Source: Naegleria gruberi
Lineage: Eukaryota
Reading direction: 5' to 3' (one strand)
DNA: 64,000 nt
Assembly (NCBI GenBank): GCA_000004985.1
Contig: GG738893.1
Of the stretch, positions 55,437 to 64,000 are shown piece by piece. The notes below the pieces were generated by a model. That model had not been told where the DNA came from and made no database searches. It saw only the letters and a list, made by a program, of their open reading frames with translations. Each line of letters starts with the position of its first letter. The stretch's first letter is position 1. Position numbers and translations under genes: made by a program.

Positions 55437-57239
55437 ATGATGCACGCAGATACTCTATTTTGTATTATTGAATTTCTTTCGATTCGTGATGGAGTTTCCC
55501 TCCTGTCTGCCTGTAAGGCTTGGAATGAATTGGATCGATATGAAATTGTTTGGAAAACATTGCTGAGCAACTTTTTAAAAACCAAGATGAGTTTGTTTAT
55601 TGGTAAATTATCATCATCGGAGCAGAAAAGAGGAAAATCAAGAAGCACCAAGAAGGGAATTAATCATTACAAGGGTATATTGGATAAATTGAAGAGGTTT
55701 TATCAAACACAGATTTTAAAGGAGGAATCGGTACAAAAGCCTAGTTTTCAAAAGTATATGGATGATGATGAGGGAGAAAAATCAACTGCTTTCGGGATGA
55801 GATTTAAAAAGTTGAGTGAATCAGCTGTTTTCATGTATTATAAATTGATGATGGTGGGAGGATTGGATGAAATTAAGAATGAATTTGATTTGACAGTTAT
55901 TAATTATGAACCTGATGGTTTTTTGGCGCAATATTTTCTTAATCATGTTGAAAAATTCACTCTCAATGGAAGAAATAATGATTCTGTTTTTGCTAATGAG
56001 TATTGGAAACAATATTCTTTTGAAATTGTTGAAAATATGTTCTCGGTTGATTTTGACAGAGAGCTTAGCTCAGAACAATTAACTTCATTTTTAGAAAGGT
56101 TTAAACCTGTTCTTAAAGAAAATAGTTTAGAAAATATTTTGCGTTGTTATGTAGTTCGAGATGTAGATGAAAATGGAGTGGACAAATTTTTAGAATTTTT
56201 ACTGAGCTACATCTCTGTAGAAGGAAATTACCAAAGAGCAAGTGATCCATTTATCACTTTCAGAACATTTATTAACAAAGACAATATGGTGATATTGAAA
56301 TATTTGAAGAAAATCATTAATGTTATTTATCCAAATAGATTCCTGGAAATCTTCAAGAATTGCATAAACCATGCTGGAACCGCCTTCCACTGTTTAGAAT
56401 ATTTCAATCCTAGACTATTTGATAATCCAACAATACTTGTGGACAGTCTTTGTCAGCTTTTGGAAATTATCGAAGAAAAATCTATTCACTATTCGAATAT
56501 TGCAGAGCGCAATATTTTTTTACAGAAAGAGGAACAAGTCATAATAGAGTTATTAGAAAAAAGAGGATTGATTGGAAAGGAAGATTACAAAATAATATTT
56601 CACAAATTCAATTATTCCTCCAAGATTCCAGATTTGCTTCCCAAAATTGAAAATTTTGACCCCTATGAAATAATTGAAACTTCAGAAGGAAATTACAATT
56701 TTATTTACTCAGTATTTAAAAGCTACTCTTTCTGTTCGATCAACACCTCCCTCAAGCCATTCTTTGAAATCTATCCTGAAAAGTTAGATTTAAATATTCT
56801 AACGACAAGATTGAAAATAAGCATGCAATCATTCAAAGAATTAATCAATCATTATATTGTGTGCCATTTTTTGGACTATCATCAAGTGGACGATCTTACA
56901 GAATCAATAGAAATAATGACGAACTATTTTACACCAACAATTTTGGATGTTTCATGTATTGAACGAATTGTAAACTATTTCAAAGTAGTTCTTATGAGTA
57001 GAATGGCTTATCCAGGTATCACAAGTGTTACCCTGCTTGATGGATTTAAGTATATTCTTGAACATATTCAACATGAAGGAGTTCCATTTGACCAATACTG
57101 CAAAGGTATTCGAAACAAATACAGTACAGATACTCTAGTGTTCCATGATTTTGATGGAGAGGAAAGAATGGCCTATCTCTACAAAAGTTGCCTGACCATT
57201 ATCGAAGAGATGCCAAAATTTTATGCAATTAATGATTAG
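55437..57239 (+). CDS. F-box-like domain protein, 600 aa
   Basis: N-terminus ...LFCIIEFLSIRDGVSLLSACKAWNELDRYEIVWKTLL... fits F-box. The remainder is alpha-helical without a recognised domain. Confidence 0.5.
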   Translation: MMHADTLFCIIEFLSIRDGVSLLSACKAWNELDRYEIVWKTLLSNFLKTKMSLFIGKLSSSEQKRGKSRSTKKGINHYKGILDKLKRFYQTQILKEESVQKPSFQKYMDDDEGEKSTAFGMRFKKLSESAVFMYYKLMMVGGLDEIKNEFDLTVINYEPDGFLAQYFLNHVEKFTLNGRNNDSVFANEYWKQYSFEIVENMFSVDFDRELSSEQLTSFLERFKPVLKENSLENILRCYVVRDVDENGVDKFLEFLLSYISVEGNYQRASDPFITFRTFINKDNMVILKYLKKIINVIYPNRFLEIFKNCINHAGTAFHCLEYFNPRLFDNPTILVDSLCQLLEIIEEKSIHYSNIAERNIFLQKEEQVIIELLEKRGLIGKEDYKIIFHKFNYSSKIPDLLPKIENFDPYEIIETSEGNYNFIYSVFKSYSFCSINTSLKPFFEIYPEKLDLNILTTRLKISMQSFKELINHYIVCHFLDYHQVDDLTESIEIMTNYFTPTILDVSCIERIVNYFKVVLMSRMAYPGITSVTLLDGFKYILEHIQHEGVPFDQYCKGIRNKYSTDTLVFHDFDGEERMAYLYKSCLTIIEEMPKFYAIND

Positions 57240-57445
57240 TCATCAGATTCATTACAGGAATCCTGTAATGAGATCCCATCATTCTAACAACAATAGATTT
57301 ATTTCTATTAACAAAAACGAAATAAAGGTAAAGGGGTCTTCCTTATCACCAAGACATACATTCATTCAGTGAAATTGTAATACTGAGTGAAAGCCAACAA
57401 AATTGTGAAGGTTACAATTGGAGTAGATCAACATTAAAATAAAAA

Positions 57446-58423
57446 ATGGCAGAAACTGAACCCACACAATGTATTCTTGTTGAGAATCTTGCTGAAATGC
57501 AAACTATTCTCTATTCTAAACTTCAAGAGCAATTCAACCCGAAAACAAAAAACAAGATTGGTTTCTCCTTGAATTTTACTCCTGTCCACACATTCGGCAA
57601 TGGGAAAATCAAGGAGAAAGACAACTTTGTACATCCATTGGATGTAAAAATTTCACATCAATTTCACTGTGTCATAATAACTGACAGAGACAGAATTCAA
57701 GTGTTTGATTTGCATTCAAGAAAATTTAAAAAATCAATTCAATTTCAAAACTATAGAATTAATTATTTAAATATTGAAAAGATTAATCAAAAGGAATATT
57801 TATATGTCACTTCAATGTCTCCTTCAGTCTTGTTTAAATTTGATCTTGAACAATTGCTACTTTCAAATAATGAGCCAATAGAAAATCTCTGTATTTGGAA
57901 GGTAGAAAATCTTAATCATCCTTCAACTGTTGAAATATTGTACAGAGATTATCATGAAAATCAAATTTTAGTCTCTGATATGTCAATAGGAAGAATTCAC
58001 GTATTGGATTCAATTACTGGAATGAAAGTACAAGATATTTTAGCTTCAACACCTTATGGAATTGCCTCTCTCAATTCAAATTCCTTCCTTGTTGGAGATG
58101 CTTGTAATGACAATATCCATATTTATGAAAGAAATGAAAATCAAGAATTTCAAAAAAGTTCAAGTTTTGATTTTAGTGATAAATCAAGACCCTCGACAGG
58201 AATAATAGGTTTTGATAGTGGTGGTCTTCTTTTCGATCCAATTGAGAAGAATATTCTGATTGTTAATATTAGAAAGTCACAAATATGTGCTTTCAAGCAA
58301 GAGAATCGATCATTAATTAAGACTTTCAAATCTGGAATGTTTTCTTATGGAATGTGTTTGGATCAATATACTGGAGAACTTTATGTTTGTACCAATGATA
58401 AGAAGGTGATTGTTTACAAATAA
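57446..58423 (+). CDS. NHL-repeat (six-bladed beta-propeller) protein, 325 aa
   Basis: Repeated ...FxxPxGIAxxxxGxxxVxDxxNxRIxxFD-like blades (PLDVKISHQFHCVIITDRDRIQVFD; PSTVEILYRDYHENQILVSDMSIGRIHVLD; PYGIASLNSNSFLVGDACNDNIHIYE; STGIIGFDSGGLLFDPIEKNILIVN; SYGMCLDQYTGELYVCTNDKKVIVY). Confidence 0.55.
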   Translation: MAETEPTQCILVENLAEMQTILYSKLQEQFNPKTKNKIGFSLNFTPVHTFGNGKIKEKDNFVHPLDVKISHQFHCVIITDRDRIQVFDLHSRKFKKSIQFQNYRINYLNIEKINQKEYLYVTSMSPSVLFKFDLEQLLLSNNEPIENLCIWKVENLNHPSTVEILYRDYHENQILVSDMSIGRIHVLDSITGMKVQDILASTPYGIASLNSNSFLVGDACNDNIHIYERNENQEFQKSSSFDFSDKSRPSTGIIGFDSGGLLFDPIEKNILIVNIRKSQICAFKQENRSLIKTFKSGMFSYGMCLDQYTGELYVCTNDKKVIVYK

Positions 58424-58440
58424 AATTATTGTGTCCAGTA

Positions 58441-58488
58441 ATTCAAATTGGTGATGAAGGTGCCAAATCAATAAGTGAAATGAAATAA
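58441..58488 (+). pseudogene. Orphan fragment of an LRR unit of the F-box/LRR family (IQIGDEGAKSISEMK*)
   Basis: A 48-nt open frame immediately after the NHL gene stop. It matches the ..NxIGDEGAKYISEM.. repeat of the gene at 49480..50973. No start codon and no flanking exons. Confidence 0.3.
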
Positions 58489-59414
58489 TTTCATTCGAAA
58501 GTGCACCACTACTAAAGAGTGATGTCATTATCAATGCTTAACTGTACTGGCACAATTTTCCAATCTTAATCAGTAATAAACAATCCAAATATAACCAACT
58601 GATCCCGTACAAGAATTGTTACAAATCCCATAAATGAATTTGTTCATTTCAGGTCAAAAATATTTAAGGCAACAATTTAGACCACCTCAATATAAATTAC
58701 AAAAATACCTTCATTCTATCAATCTACAGTAGATTAATCAACAATCAAATCATAATCATGTCAAATCATCTCTCTTTCCTCAATGCCTTTTATGGCAATA
58801 TTTATGCAAGTTGCAAAAATCCAAATTGCATTACGCCAATTTTTCAAAAAACGCGCGAGCAATTAATAGGCCCTTTCTAGGAGCCAAAAGCAAAATTCAG
58901 TCAAAAACGAAAACATTCTTGTTTACCAATCACGATAAGTTTCAACAGCCTGTTGCAGGCAAACACACAAATCATTACGGATGCCTACACAACATGATGA
59001 TCCTTTGTGTATCTCAGACTCCCTGAGATGATTCGCAGAGTAGGGCGGCCATTGAGCATCATCATGTGCGTGTAGAAACTCAGAGAGAAAAAATAACTCT
59101 ACAGAGTACTTTGGTGTTATTGGAACGTTGAATTATTAGACACACAATAGCAACACACAACAAGAAGAAGTGATTGCTGTTAATAATCAAATTGGATTAC
59201 GTAAATTTCTAGCAGTGAAAATAACATTAAAAGCATTGGAGTACTGGTTTGATTTAAAACTTAATCTACTAGTACTTTAGTATTATTGATTGTGAAAAAA
59301 CAGCAATTTTAGTAGTAGTTTATATTTATATATTATACGACAAACGAGTCAATTCTCTAATACCTTATAGAAATTGACTATTTTACTTTTTGTTTTAATT
59401 CGAGTATCTAATTT

Positions 59415-60362
59415 ATGTGTACCTCAGTAACTCCAACCAACAATTTCCTTTCCCATCAAGATATTAATTGTTGTACCTCCTGTTCTTGCAACCCGTATTC
59501 GTTTATCTATAATTGCTCTTCTTTAACATTGGACAAATCGAGAACAGCAACATCATCACCTTGTAGTAAAATTCCACAGATGAATACTCAATCATCTGCT
59601 TGTAAGAGTGGAAAAACTTGTTGTAGTTGTTCATCAAATGAAGCGAATAGTAATGGAGCAAAAGCCCTTAATATTCCATCATCAACAAGTTTACCTCCAA
59701 GCAACAATTCCTCAACTCCTAGTTTTGACAACAAACAATCTTCCCACCATCACTGCAACCAACCTTGCTGTTTATCAAAAACAAATCAAGAATCCCCTTC
59801 TTCTCAGCAAACCTCCATTTCAACTAATTTATTAACAACCCAAAACCCTAATTCTTATTCGACTGTAACTTCACCTTCCTACCACCATTCCTTTACTCAA
59901 AGCCATCTTCATTCAGAAGAACATATAGAACCATCAGATTTAAACGAGATTAAACCTGTAGATGAGACAAATAAGCAAGCCTCAGAGGCTACTTCTAATT
60001 ATTTCAAGATTGTTTTTGGGAGCTCAATCAATGAACCAGCTTGTGGCACATCCAAAGGATCTTGTGAATGTAGTGGATGCAACTATAGTGTTGGACAAAG
60101 TAACAGAGGTGCTGCTATCGTAGCAATTCAAGCTCATTTACCACCAACACCAAGAGGAAGCAGTAACACCTCCAAAAGAGGAGGTGGTTGCAAAGGATCT
60201 TCATCATCAGGAAGTGTAAAGATTCAGAAAAAGTCTGTCATGCAAAACAAGTTAAAGAATCAACTCACAAGAATGAGGGATTCTACTGTTGATGTGACTA
60301 TGCATGAATCGGATAAAGTAGCAGCACATGATGATTCTGGTATCATAGTTTCAACTAATTAA
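59415..60362 (+). CDS. Ser/Thr/Cys-rich low-complexity protein, 315 aa
   Basis: ATG ORF with Cys clusters (CCTSCSCNPYSFIYNCSS..., ...NEPACGTSKGSCECSGCNYSV...). No catalytic domain recognised; possibly a metal-binding or regulatory protein. Confidence 0.35.
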   Translation: MCTSVTPTNNFLSHQDINCCTSCSCNPYSFIYNCSSLTLDKSRTATSSPCSKIPQMNTQSSACKSGKTCCSCSSNEANSNGAKALNIPSSTSLPPSNNSSTPSFDNKQSSHHHCNQPCCLSKTNQESPSSQQTSISTNLLTTQNPNSYSTVTSPSYHHSFTQSHLHSEEHIEPSDLNEIKPVDETNKQASEATSNYFKIVFGSSINEPACGTSKGSCECSGCNYSVGQSNRGAAIVAIQAHLPPTPRGSSNTSKRGGGCKGSSSSGSVKIQKKSVMQNKLKNQLTRMRDSTVDVTMHESDKVAAHDDSGIIVSTN

Positions 60363-60542
60363 AAATATTAAAATTTTGAATTAATTTCTAGATAAATAAT
60401 TGATATCTAAATAGATATCATTTGTGACTAAATTTATTGTACATTATTCACAATGTGGGAAAAGAATTATAGGGAGGGAAATAACTTAGTAAAAAGAGAT
60501 AAACGGTTAGGAAACTTGGCAAGAATTGACACCTGTCAAGGG

Positions 60543-60989
60543 TTAGTTGGATGATGAAACTATTAAAACACCTTTGGGTATCTCCTTTTGTTGTAAAAGT
60601 GTTTTAGAGAGATCATTGTTAGCTTCAGGTTTTCCCTGATAAATAACATGATATGAGTTTCCTCTACCAGTCTCGAGGTCTTTGCAGACTGCTCTATAAG
60701 GATCAATAAAAACAACGCAATTTCTTGGTAGACAATTTTCAAAATCGTTGAGATTAATGCCCAACCTAGAGGCAATATCCATCAATAGAGGATCAGTTTG
60801 AACTCCATCAATTAAAATTGATCGGAAAGCTTGGCCTCTTTGTGGATCGGAAGGATACCAATGTCCTTTGAAGCGAACCAATAATTCGCTTTCCAAGGCA
60901 TTCTTAAATTCATTCACTACCTTTTGGTCAAACTTGTCGCTTAACCATTTTGAAAAGAAAGCAGTAACGGACTTGATTTCTTCCAGCAT
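60543..60989 (-). CDS. BTG/Tob anti-proliferative family protein, 148 aa
   Basis: Box A ...FKGHWYPSDPQRGQAFRSI... (HWYPEKPxKGSGYRCI-like) and box B ...LPRNCVVFIDPYRAVC... (LPxELTLWVDPxEVSYR-like). ATG at 60989. Confidence 0.7.
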   Translation of the reverse strand: MLEEIKSVTAFFSKWLSDKFDQKVVNEFKNALESELLVRFKGHWYPSDPQRGQAFRSILIDGVQTDPLLMDIASRLGINLNDFENCLPRNCVVFIDPYRAVCKDLETGRGNSYHVIYQGKPEANNDLSKTLLQQKEIPKGVLIVSSSN

Positions 60990-61829
60990 GATGAAATATT
61001 ATGATGATGAGTGTGTGTATGTACAAAAAAAGTTGAAAAGGGATTATAATAGTACTATGGAAAAGTTACTAGAGTAATACCGCGAGTAATATTGTTGCTG
61101 CTGCTGTTGTTGTTGCTGGCAAGGCAAGGAAAGTCGAGTATTGTTGAGAGGGAAAATTTTGTCGGTTGGTTTCAAAAGAGAAAATTGTATGATGCTGTTG
61201 TAGAGAGTGTTGTATAAAAACGGCTTCTAGAATGTTCAAACAATTTTTTTTTTAAATTGATTTACCAAGGATGATAAGTAACGTTCGTTGTTGTTCGATC
61301 GAAATAATAATAATATCGATAGGGAGAGAAAAATACAACACTTGGAAAATTACGCTGTATGATAAGGATAGTAATATGATTGCAAAATCTCTTGTTCTGG
61401 AAAAGGACCACTATCGATGGGTTCAGATAACACAAACGGAGAGATTTTGTTGCCGATCAAAACACACTGAAGGAAAAACACAATGAGCAAGGCAAAGTGT
61501 TGATCGTGGTTTTTTTTGTATGAAGCCTACAGAGGTGTGTTGAATGTGAGTGAACATGAAGGCTTGGATTGCAACGTTCAATTCTTCTCTGGTTTGGTGA
61601 TCGCGAAATTTTGTGTGGCATCATGACAGCGCTCATTGTGTCATCTATTTTTAACTTTTTGTAAAGTGTTGGCAAGTTTTGTAATCATAGTTCCTTTTGT
61701 AGTTTATGGAAGGTGTTAAAAAAGAGCATTGTATTATGGCTTTGAGAAGTGGTAGTATTAAATTGACAGGAATTGATTTTCTCTAATTCAACTCGTTGGT
61801 GTAAAAATCAAAATTTTCTAAAATCATTT

Positions 61830-62988
61830 TCAAACTCTTCTTAAATTGATGGTTGTATTCACATAGGGTTTCACAAATTGATAGAGAAATATTGATTCTG
61901 ATGGGTTCTTAATCTCAAAATTGTATTCCCTCTTAAAAAGTCGCATAATTACATTCTCACTTCCATAATTTCCCAATGGAATGGTTTTCAATTTGGAAAT
62001 GATATTTCTAGAGAATGGAATGGTTGTTCTGAATACTAGTGCATCGTGAGTGTCCTATTTTCATTAGTTATTATAAATGTGAAACATTACAAAACCAATA
62101 TAAATGAATTGAAATAATGAAGCTTCTTACCTTCATGGCTGCAAGACAATTATCTTTATCCTCACATTGTGCCTTCTCGACACTGAAAAGTTGCCTCCTA
62201 GAAAGCATTAGAGGAGTGTTAAATCCAATCTTAGTGGCATGGACAATGGTGTGATCAAAATAAATATTTGGAGTAATTAGAATTACAATTCTATCTTTCA
62301 AATTCTTATTAGAATATTCCATAAAATCAGAAACCATCAATTTACGTCCCAAATTTACAATTTTAATCTTTTCTGAATGGATCATTTGTTTCAAATCAGA
62401 ATTGTAAATTTCACTTTCTTGCAACATGTGAATTTCTGAAATGAAAGGATTCAACAAATTCATTTGAATACTTGCCAACATTTCCTGATACGTTTGCTGT
62501 TCTCTATTTCTTCCAATCAATTGAGTTACAATAGTGAGTTGTGGATTTTCACTCAGTAAATTCCTCTCCAAAACATTTAATGTAAATTTACGCATTGAAT
62601 TTGAATTATCGAAAAAGTAATCCACAGAAAATGGCCTTAAAAGTGAGGTTTTCAATTGGTAATTGTAGAAATTTAATTGATGACCCGATTGTTTAAATTG
62701 TCTGAAATAGGTAAGAATATTTCTACCAGTACTTGAATTATTTGGAGTCATCATTTTAGTTTCGAATAAATTTGAATATTTACTTTTCCACCCCGATAGT
62801 AATGAAGATGATGAATCAAATCGTATTGTTGTAGAATTATTATTGTTGGTAATTTTCCTCCAACGACCGAAAATAAATAGATACGGAATTATCATGACTA
62901 CAATTATTAGAATGGTGATGGAAATTAAAATTCGTTTCCTGGTCATTAGACACATTGAAAGATTTAATGATGTCTTAGAGTTGACCAT
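61830..62988 (-). CDS. Type II membrane (signal-anchor) protein of a local two-member family; complement(join(61830..62054,62131..62988))
   Basis: N-terminal anchor ILISITILIIVVMIIPYLFIF. A 76-nt intron runs 62055..62130 (GTAAGA...AAATAG). Conserved block ...LASIQMNLLNPFISEIHMLQ...IKIVNLGRKL...IVILITPNIYFDHTIVHATKIG... is shared with the gene at 63069. Confidence 0.5.
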
Positions 62989-63068
62989 TTTTTAAATTCT
63001 TGTTGTATTATCCATTATGATGACACCTTTCGGATAGGATTTCAAAGGTCCAACAGACAACAAAAAAA
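62989..63068. promoter_or_regulatory. 80-bp bidirectional spacer between head-to-head paralogues
   Basis: ATG at 62988 (minus) and at 63069 (plus). Confidence 0.3.
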
Positions 63069-64000
63069 ATGTTCTCAAATAGGGGATTAGCCATCACGTT
63101 TTCTGTAGTTGTTTTAGTTGTTGTGATAATTTCCTTCTTGTTCATATTGAGAGGAGACAATAGCCAAACAAATAATATTCGAAAGGAATCGGTAGTTTCG
63201 GTTTTCATACCACATTCGCGAGGAATTAAATATAATTTACAAGATTATGGTGATTATATGAAGACATCACAGAAACAAATATTGGAAATTGCCCAAGAAA
63301 TTAGAAAGAATGAAATTAAACTTCCGGAAACAGTACTTGTTTCACAGTTAATTGTTGGAATTTCGGCAAGAGATAAAGTTTATTATCTTGATTTGCTGAC
63401 AAGCATTCAAATGAATTTATTGAATCCATCAGTTTCTGAATATCATTTACTTCAAATTGACGAAACTTACAATTCTGAAATCATGTCATTGATGTTTGCT
63501 GATAAGAAGATTAAAATTCATTACATTCGTGAACAGTTGAATAGAGAAATATTTGTGAAATATTGCAATGAGCATTTGAAGGACAAACTCATTGTCTATT
63601 TGAATCAACCTGACATTTATTTTGATCATTCATTGATGCATGCTTCTAAATTAAAGAATGGAGAATTTGTGAAAATTCACAAGAGGATTAGTTTGGCAAA
63701 ACCATACGATTGTGAGGTAAGTTTAGGAACAATTTATAAATATTTATCAAGAGAATTATAGAATGGACAAGGAACTATTCCTGATGGTGCAATTTTCAGA
63801 ACCAGTGCTGATAAACCATTAGAATTGGGAACTGAACCAGATTGGAATGGACAATCAGTTATTTCAATGATTTTCAATGCATTCAGTGTTCATAATTGTG
63901 AAGTGTCAACAGCAATTACTGGATGGTTCTTGCACGATCCAACAAACATTGATAAGAAGGCAGAAAAGGAGGCAGAACTCAGAGAATTGGAACGTAAAAA
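63069..64000 (+). CDS. Paralogue of 61830..62988 (type II membrane protein), 3'-partial at window end; join(63069..63716,63762..>64000)
   Basis: Anchor LAITFSVVVLVVVIISFLFIL. Shared block ...LTSIQMNLLNPSVSEYHLLQ...IKIHYIREQL...LIVYLNQPDIYFDHSLMHASKL.... A 45-nt intron (GTAAGT at 63717 ... TTATAG) is followed by an exon open to the window end (NGQGTIPDGAIFRTSADKPLE...). Confidence 0.5.

Noticed and set aside
58811-59026. ORF 58811..59026(+) in the GC-richer region upstream of the S/C-rich gene
   Set aside because: It is more likely promoter or 5' UTR. Its composition (CGCGCG, GGGCGGCC) is unlike local coding sequence and no homology is recognisable.

Overview
This window is eukaryotic nuclear DNA, not prokaryotic. 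It is AT-rich (roughly two-thirds A+T by eye) and gene-dense on both strands, with about 40 protein-coding genes in 64 kb. Intergenic spacers are roughly 100-700 bp and several gene pairs are head-to-head. Introns are GT..AG and very short (35-215 nt, mostly 40-60 nt) with GTAAGT/GTATGT donors. Coding regions carry poly-N/Q and S/T/P low-complexity tracts. A 5S rRNA gene is present whose 3' half (GTTGGAGACAAC..GGGAAC) recalls the Dictyostelium 5S as I remember it. Together this fits a dictyostelid social amoeba, probably not D. discoideum itself (GC too high, introns too short). I find no CRISPR array, no operons, no defence island and no recognisable transposon, so the 'undescribed system' hint does not match a prokaryotic-type system here.

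Recognised content: Rab2, a CAAX Ras-like GTPase with an unusual N-terminal extension, a divergent EF1A-like GTPase, an Old-Yellow-Enzyme flavin oxidoreductase, a type-B carboxylesterase, a cytochrome P450 (with a frameshift), a PI-PLC-like gene, a protein kinase with a Cys-rich tail, a divergent tubulin, an internally deleted ABC half-transporter, BTG/Tob, several F-box genes (F-box/LRR, F-box/SPRY and others), NHL, TPR and double-BTB proteins, an RGS protein and a 7TM-RGS fusion, a protein with 10 SHOCT-like repeats, and a PRiA4_ORF3-like/MYND locus split by one in-frame stop. There are also 3 assembly gaps lying between duplicated copies of a coiled-coil/SPRY gene, and two candidate small ncRNA loci.

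The supplied ORF track marks TTG/CTG/GTG starts as M and reads through introns, so I rebuilt gene models by hand. Splice-site and small-feature coordinates are +-2 nt; my hand indexing and the track disagree by 1 nt in two places (around 44.6-45.1 kb and 46.2 kb).
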